Assembly: GCA_963741955.1 (NCBI GenBank)
Contig: CAVUKB010000007.1
Location: forward strand, 1,088,001 to 1,152,000
Source: an uncultured Acidobacteriota bacterium
Lineage (GTDB): Bacteria > Acidobacteriota > Thermoanaerobaculia > Gp7-AA8
DNA length: 64,000 nucleotides
Direction: 5' to 3'
Positions 59,229 to 64,000 of the stretch are shown piece after piece. The first letter of the stretch is position 1. Every line of letters starts with the position of its first letter. The position numbers were made by a program, and so were the translations under genes. A model generated the notes under the pieces. The model saw nothing but the letters and a program-made list of their open reading frames with translations. It ran no database searches and was not told the origin of the DNA.

Positions 59229-59440
59229 CGGGGATAACCTCCTGCAGGTAGGTCTCCCGAACGGCGCTTTTGATACAGAGAAGCTCTCCTTTCCGTATTC
59301 GGGCCGAAATCCGATACACTTCGGGCGCCGTCCGGCGCGCCGCGGCCGAGTGCCGTTTCGCGAGACTTCTCCGCCTCCCGAGGAGAGAGCATGCGATCGT
59401 GCAGCGCTGGAGGGAATCGAACGGAACAGGAGAGATTCGA

Positions 59441-61144
59441 ATGGCAGAGTTGTCGGGAATCGAACGCGAAACTCTGGAGATGGATGTGGTGATCGTCGGC
59501 GCGGGTCCGGCCGGACTCGCCGTTGCGCACCATCTCCGCAGTCTGATCAATCAACACGATCTGGCTCACCCCGATGCGACGCTCGGCGAGATCTCGATCG
59601 CGGTACTGGAGAAGGGGAAGGAGATCGGTTCCCACGGAATCTCCGGTGCAGTGCTCGATCCCCGCGCAATCCGCGAGCTGATTCCCGACTGGCTCGAGCG
59701 CGGTTGTCCGGTGGAAGCCGAAGTCGGCGACGACGGGATGTGGTTCATGTTCGAGAAATCGAAGATGGCCGCACCGATCCTCCCTCCGATGCTTCGCAAT
59801 CACGGGAACTACGTCGTCTCTCTCTCGGAGCTGGTGCGTTGGATGGGAGGGATCGTCGCCGACGAGGGCATCGACGTCTTTCCCGAGTTCCCTGCCTCGC
59901 GGGTTCTGGTCGAAGACGGACGGGTGGTCGGCGTCCGTACCGCGGACAAGGGGATCGACAAGAACGGGGAGCCGAAGGGCAACTACGAACCGGGTGTCGA
60001 CATCAGGGCGAAGCTGGTCATTCTCGCCGAAGGTCCGCGCGGGACGCTGACCAAGCAGCTCGCCGAGATCGATAATCTGTACGACGGAAAGAATCCGCAG
60101 GTCTACTCGCTCGGAGTGAAGGAACTGTGGGAGCTGCCCGACGACCGGTTTCCCGCCGGAAAGGTCATCCACACCATGGGATGGCCCCTCGACATGCAGA
60201 CGTTCGGCGGGGGATTCATCTACGGGATGAAGGACCGCGTCGTGGACCTCGGGCTGGTGGTGGGACTCGACTATCGCAACCCCACTCTCGATCCCCATCA
60301 CGAATTTCAGCGGTGGAAGCTGCATCCGGCCCTCCGGGAGATCCTGGCGGGAGGGAAGATGATCGCCGCCGGAGCAAAGGCGATCCCCGAGGGTGGCTAC
60401 TACTCGATGCCCCGGATGTACGGGGACGGATTCATGATCACCGGCGACTCGGCGGGCTACCTGAACGGAGCCCGGCTCAAGGGGATCCACCTCGCGATCA
60501 AGTCGGGGATGCTCTGCGCACAGACGGCGTTCGACGCGCTCTCGACCGGCGACTTCTCGGCCTCGACGCTCTCGGCGTACGAGAGGGACTTCGAAGCATC
60601 GTGGGCACGCCAGGAGTTGTACGGACAGCGCAACTTCCACCAGGGATTCGACCGGGGTCAGGTCATGGGAATGCTCAACACCGGTCTCGGGATGATCACC
60701 GGCGGGCGTGGATTCGGCTTCATGAACCGACTCGAAGGAAGGCACGGGCACGAGAGGATGGAGCGGATTCAGCGCTACTTCGGAACCGAGCACCCTCCTC
60801 AGCCGTCGAAGATGAAGTTCGACAACTCGTACACGTTCGACAAAGTGACCGACGTGTACTACGGCGGAGTGACCCACGAGGAGAATCAGCCGCCTCATCT
60901 GCTGATCCGGGACACGGAGGTCTGCATCACCCGATGTACGGAGGAATACGGCAATCCCTGCCTGCACTTCTGTCCGGCAGGAGTGTACGAACCGCGGGAG
61001 ACGCCGGATGGACGCGGGAAGGTCCCGTTCCTGAATTTCACCAACTGCTTCCACTGCAAGACGTGCGACATCGCGGACCCGTATCAGGTGATCACCTGGG
61101 TGCCGCCGGAGGGTGGTGGAGGTCCGGACTACAAGAAACTCTAG
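59441..61144 (+). CDS. electron transfer flavoprotein-ubiquinone oxidoreductase
   Basis: DVVIVGAGPAGLA, LGVKELW, IPEGGY, GDSAG, KGIHLAIKSG, CPAGVYE, NCFHCKTCDIADP, WVPPEGGGGP. Confidence 0.94.
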   Translation: MAELSGIERETLEMDVVIVGAGPAGLAVAHHLRSLINQHDLAHPDATLGEISIAVLEKGKEIGSHGISGAVLDPRAIRELIPDWLERGCPVEAEVGDDGMWFMFEKSKMAAPILPPMLRNHGNYVVSLSELVRWMGGIVADEGIDVFPEFPASRVLVEDGRVVGVRTADKGIDKNGEPKGNYEPGVDIRAKLVILAEGPRGTLTKQLAEIDNLYDGKNPQVYSLGVKELWELPDDRFPAGKVIHTMGWPLDMQTFGGGFIYGMKDRVVDLGLVVGLDYRNPTLDPHHEFQRWKLHPALREILAGGKMIAAGAKAIPEGGYYSMPRMYGDGFMITGDSAGYLNGARLKGIHLAIKSGMLCAQTAFDALSTGDFSASTLSAYERDFEASWARQELYGQRNFHQGFDRGQVMGMLNTGLGMITGGRGFGFMNRLEGRHGHERMERIQRYFGTEHPPQPSKMKFDNSYTFDKVTDVYYGGVTHEENQPPHLLIRDTEVCITRCTEEYGNPCLHFCPAGVYEPRETPDGRGKVPFLNFTNCFHCKTCDIADPYQVITWVPPEGGGGPDYKKL

Positions 61145-61232
61145 CGCCGGCGGAAACGGGACAATCGCGCAGACTCCTGACGACGACATCACGTCGGCTG
61201 GCGTCGATATGGCATTAGATGACTGGACGGCT

Positions 61233-62198
61233 ATGGCGATCGAACCGATGTCAACCGCGACTGGAAGCACCGATCTGATTCCGGCGCTCCAGGAGAATGT
61301 CGAGCGGGTGATCCGCGGGAAGTCCGAAGTCATCGAGCTCGCGATCGCGGCGATGCTGGCGCGCGGGCATCTGCTTCTGGAAGACGTCCCCGGGGTCGGC
61401 AAGACGACACTCGCTCAGGCTCTGGCGCGATCGATCTCTCTCGATTTCCAGCGCATTCAGTTCACCAGTGATCTCCTCCCTGCCGACATCGTCGGAGTCA
61501 CCATCTTCAATCAGGACCGGCAGGAGTTCGAATTCATCTCCGGGCCGATCTTCGCGAACGTTCTCCTGGCCGACGAGATCAACCGGGCCACGCCGAAGAC
61601 GCAGTCGGCGCTGCTCGAAGCGATGAACGAAGGAATGGTGACGATCGAGAAGACCCGTCTCGAGCTCCCCAATCCTTTTCTGGTGATCGCCACGCAGAAT
61701 CCGGTCGAGCACGTCGGGACGTATCCCCTTCCCGAGTCGCAGCTCGACCGTTTCATCATGAAGTTGACTCTCGGCTATCCCGGCGTCACGGACGAGAAAG
61801 CTCTGATCCTGGGAGGCGGCGGGCATGCTGCGCTCGAGCGGCTGGAGCCGGTGCTGACTGCAGCCGACCTCCGAAACATGCAGGCCCGGGTGGGAAGCAT
61901 CCACGCCAAGGATTCGATCGTCGATTACGTGATGGCGATCGTGCATGCCACCCGCAGTCATCCTCTGATCGCTCTCGGAGTCTCGACGCGAGGTGCGTTG
62001 ACTTACTTCCGGGCCTGTCAGGCGCTCGCCATGGTCAAGCGGCGCGACTACGTGATTCCGGACGACGTGAAGAATCTCGCCGTTCCGGTCCTCTCGCACC
62101 GGGTCGTCCTTCACGACCGGAGAATGACGCACGGCGATTTCGCCCCGGAGACCCGGGTGATCCAGCAGATCATCGAGACGGTGCCGGTCCCGAGGTGA
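61233..62198 (+). CDS. MoxR family AAA+ ATPase
   Basis: LLEDVPGVGKT, RIQFTSDLLPAD, LADEINRATPKTQSALLEAM, ATQNP, LPESQLDRF. Start uncertain. Confidence 0.93.
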   Translation: MAIEPMSTATGSTDLIPALQENVERVIRGKSEVIELAIAAMLARGHLLLEDVPGVGKTTLAQALARSISLDFQRIQFTSDLLPADIVGVTIFNQDRQEFEFISGPIFANVLLADEINRATPKTQSALLEAMNEGMVTIEKTRLELPNPFLVIATQNPVEHVGTYPLPESQLDRFIMKLTLGYPGVTDEKALILGGGGHAALERLEPVLTAADLRNMQARVGSIHAKDSIVDYVMAIVHATRSHPLIALGVSTRGALTYFRACQALAMVKRRDYVIPDDVKNLAVPVLSHRVVLHDRRMTHGDFAPETRVIQQIIETVPVPR

Positions 62199-62202
62199 AC
62201 CG

Positions 62203-63198
62203 ATGCCCCGGCCGCTCGAGTTCCATGGCGTGGTCCGGTTGACATCGATCGGTGCCGGCTATCTCGCCTTCACGTTCGTGATCGGGTTTGCCGCGCTCAA
62301 CACCGGTAACAACGCCCTCTACATCGCGCTCTCGTTCATGCTCGGAGCGCTCATCGTATCGGGAGTCGCCTCCAAAGGAGCCCTGAAGCACCATTCGGTC
62401 TCTCTCGGCGGGGTGGGTGAGGCCTGGGCCGGCGAACCGGTGCATGCGAGATTGTGGCTCTCCAACCATTCGCGCTTCTGGGCCGTCCGTGACCTGGTGA
62501 TCGTCTCCCGGGAGATGGCGCGCCCCGTGATCGTCGCACGCCTCGGACGGCGATCGAAATCCGAGGTGGACGTCAGTTTTCTGTTTCAGCGCCGGGGCCG
62601 GATCGCATTCAAGACGATCGATCTCTATACCCGTTACCCGTTCGGTCTTTTCCTCAAGAAGAGGAAGGTCCATCTCGATGGCGAGGCGATCGTGTATCCG
62701 CGGCTGCTCGAAACGTCGGGTGAGATCTGGAGACACATGGAGACGCTCGGGGACAGCGTTCCGCAGCATCGTTCCGGCCAGAGCGGATCGGGAGTGTACG
62801 GCTACCGGGAGTACATGCGTGGCGACTCGTTGCGACGCATTCACTGGAAGCGCTCGGCGAGCCTCGGGCGCTGGATCATCAAACAGCCGGAACGGGAGGT
62901 GCGTCGCGCGATCGCGGTCGTCGTCGATCCGGTTCTTCCTCCGGGCCGGTCGGAAGAAGACTTCGAGGGGATGATCAGCGCCGCGGCGACTTACCTGCGT
63001 GACGCGCTCGCGACCGGATCGGAAGTCACCCTGCACGTCGGGTCGATGACGATCGAAGGGGCGGCGAGTGGATCGCAGAAGGCGATGTTCGAGGCTCTCG
63101 CGCTCGTCGAAGCGGTCAGGGATGCTCCGATGCCACTGCACGAGCGCGGAATGGCGTTCTTTTCCTTACGGCGGAGTGATGCAGCAAAAACGGCTTGA
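62203..63198 (+). CDS. DUF58 domain protein
   Basis: AALNTGNN, RRG, YPFGLF, VYP, REYMRGDSLRRIHWKRSA. Confidence 0.9.
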   Translation: MPRPLEFHGVVRLTSIGAGYLAFTFVIGFAALNTGNNALYIALSFMLGALIVSGVASKGALKHHSVSLGGVGEAWAGEPVHARLWLSNHSRFWAVRDLVIVSREMARPVIVARLGRRSKSEVDVSFLFQRRGRIAFKTIDLYTRYPFGLFLKKRKVHLDGEAIVYPRLLETSGEIWRHMETLGDSVPQHRSGQSGSGVYGYREYMRGDSLRRIHWKRSASLGRWIIKQPEREVRRAIAVVVDPVLPPGRSEEDFEGMISAAATYLRDALATGSEVTLHVGSMTIEGAASGSQKAMFEALALVEAVRDAPMPLHERGMAFFSLRRSDAAKTA

Positions 63199-64000
63199 AC
63201 TGGAGTCGATCCTTCTGACTGCCCTGGCGGCGTTTCCGCTCTACTGGAGCGACCCGGTCTCCAGTGTGTCGGTCGGTCTGTTTCACTCGGCCATGGCGCT
63301 CATCGCGGCCTGGAAGATCGGAAACATCCGCTGGCTCGAAAGGCCAGGCGTTCTGCTGAAAATCGTCGCCGTCGGATATCTGATCTTCTTCCCGATCGAT
63401 GCTCTGGTCATCTCTCAGCGACTGATCACCGCGTCGCTGCATCTCCTTTTTTTCCTCGCGGCCTATCAGGCGGTCGATGCGGAGAGTGCCGGGCGCAGTG
63501 AAGGTCAGCGGCTGCTGGTGGCTTTCCTTCTCTTCATCACCAGTGTGGCCACTTCCACCGCACTCCCGATCGTCTTCTTCATCATCATCTTCGCCTTCCT
63601 CGCTTTCCGCCATCTCATCCGGCTGAGTCACAGGACGACGGTGGAACAGATCGGTATGGTCGACCGGGATCTGTCGACGTCGAGAATGGCCTTCGGCTTT
63701 CTCGCCGTCAGTGCAGTGGCGGGAATGCTCTTCTTTCCGCTTCTCCCGCGCGTGCGCAACCCGCTGATGCCGGGTCTGTCGAATCCCGCCGGCTCGGCCA
63801 GCACGGGAATCTCCGATTCGATCGACTTCAGCGTCGCACGGGAGATCTCGAGCGATTCGTCGGTCGTGGCGCGAGTCTGGATGTCACAGGACACCATCCC
63901 GTTCTTCACTCCTCTCCGGCTGCGGGGACGCGTCTACGACGAGGTGAGGGGGAACAAATGGCGCGCATCGAGGAGCCGCGGAGTGGTGCGGCAAATCGAC
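63179..64000 (+). CDS. DUF3488/transglutaminase (TgpA-like) membrane protein, N-terminal part (3' truncated by window)
   Basis: Hand translation MQQKRLELESILL.. stays open to the window end. Multi-TM, FFPLLPR, TGISD, LRGRVYD..W. Canonical third gene after MoxR-DUF58. Confidence 0.82.
   Translation, partial: MQQKRLELESILLTALAAFPLYWSDPVSSVSVGLFHSAMALIAAWKIGNIRWLERPGVLLKIVAVGYLIFFPIDALVISQRLITASLHLLFFLAAYQAVDAESAGRSEGQRLLVAFLLFITSVATSTALPIVFFIIIFAFLAFRHLIRLSHRTTVEQIGMVDRDLSTSRMAFGFLAVSAVAGMLFFPLLPRVRNPLMPGLSNPAGSASTGISDSIDFSVAREISSDSSVVARVWMSQDTIPFFTPLRLRGRVYDEVRGNKWRASRSRGVVRQID

Noticed and set aside
61233-64000. MoxR-DUF58-transglutaminase operon as a novel system
   Set aside because: It is a widespread, well-known gene triad with nothing unusual in the visible part.

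Overview
GC-rich bacterial chromosomal window. The gene set and the Hfq-like protein suggest Acidobacteriota, but that is inference only. From left to right: (1) 1-18.7 kb is an accessory stress/carbohydrate island with a GH94 C-terminus, zwf, ackA-xfp, a P3A H+-ATPase, DUF937, BON-LysM, dodecin, a PAS hybrid kinase and small stress proteins. Its four transcription units share a bipartite 49-50 bp upstream motif followed by a fixed-distance -10 box, and two MITE-like families are scattered through it. (2) folE plus a Rieske/FAD oxidoreductase, a 1.7 kb REP/REPIN-like tandem array, and a repeat-flanked carbonic anhydrase. (3) A 24-36 kb surface-glycan modification cluster. (4) Housekeeping genes: a GGDEF protein, tpiA-secG-tRNA-Leu(GAG), biotin carboxylase/BCCP, queD, pdxA-surE-pcm-acyP-apt, hfq-like and etfBA. 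(5) A 51.6-59.2 kb island between etfBA and ETF-QO encoding a SARP/BTAD-REC regulator, three DUF4402-like pilin candidates, an usher-like protein, a PapD-like chaperone and a fourth secreted subunit, i.e. a candidate non-canonical chaperone-usher fibre system. (6) ETF-QO and a MoxR-DUF58-transglutaminase-type operon that runs off the window end. All family assignments come from motif recognition by eye; no database searches were run.
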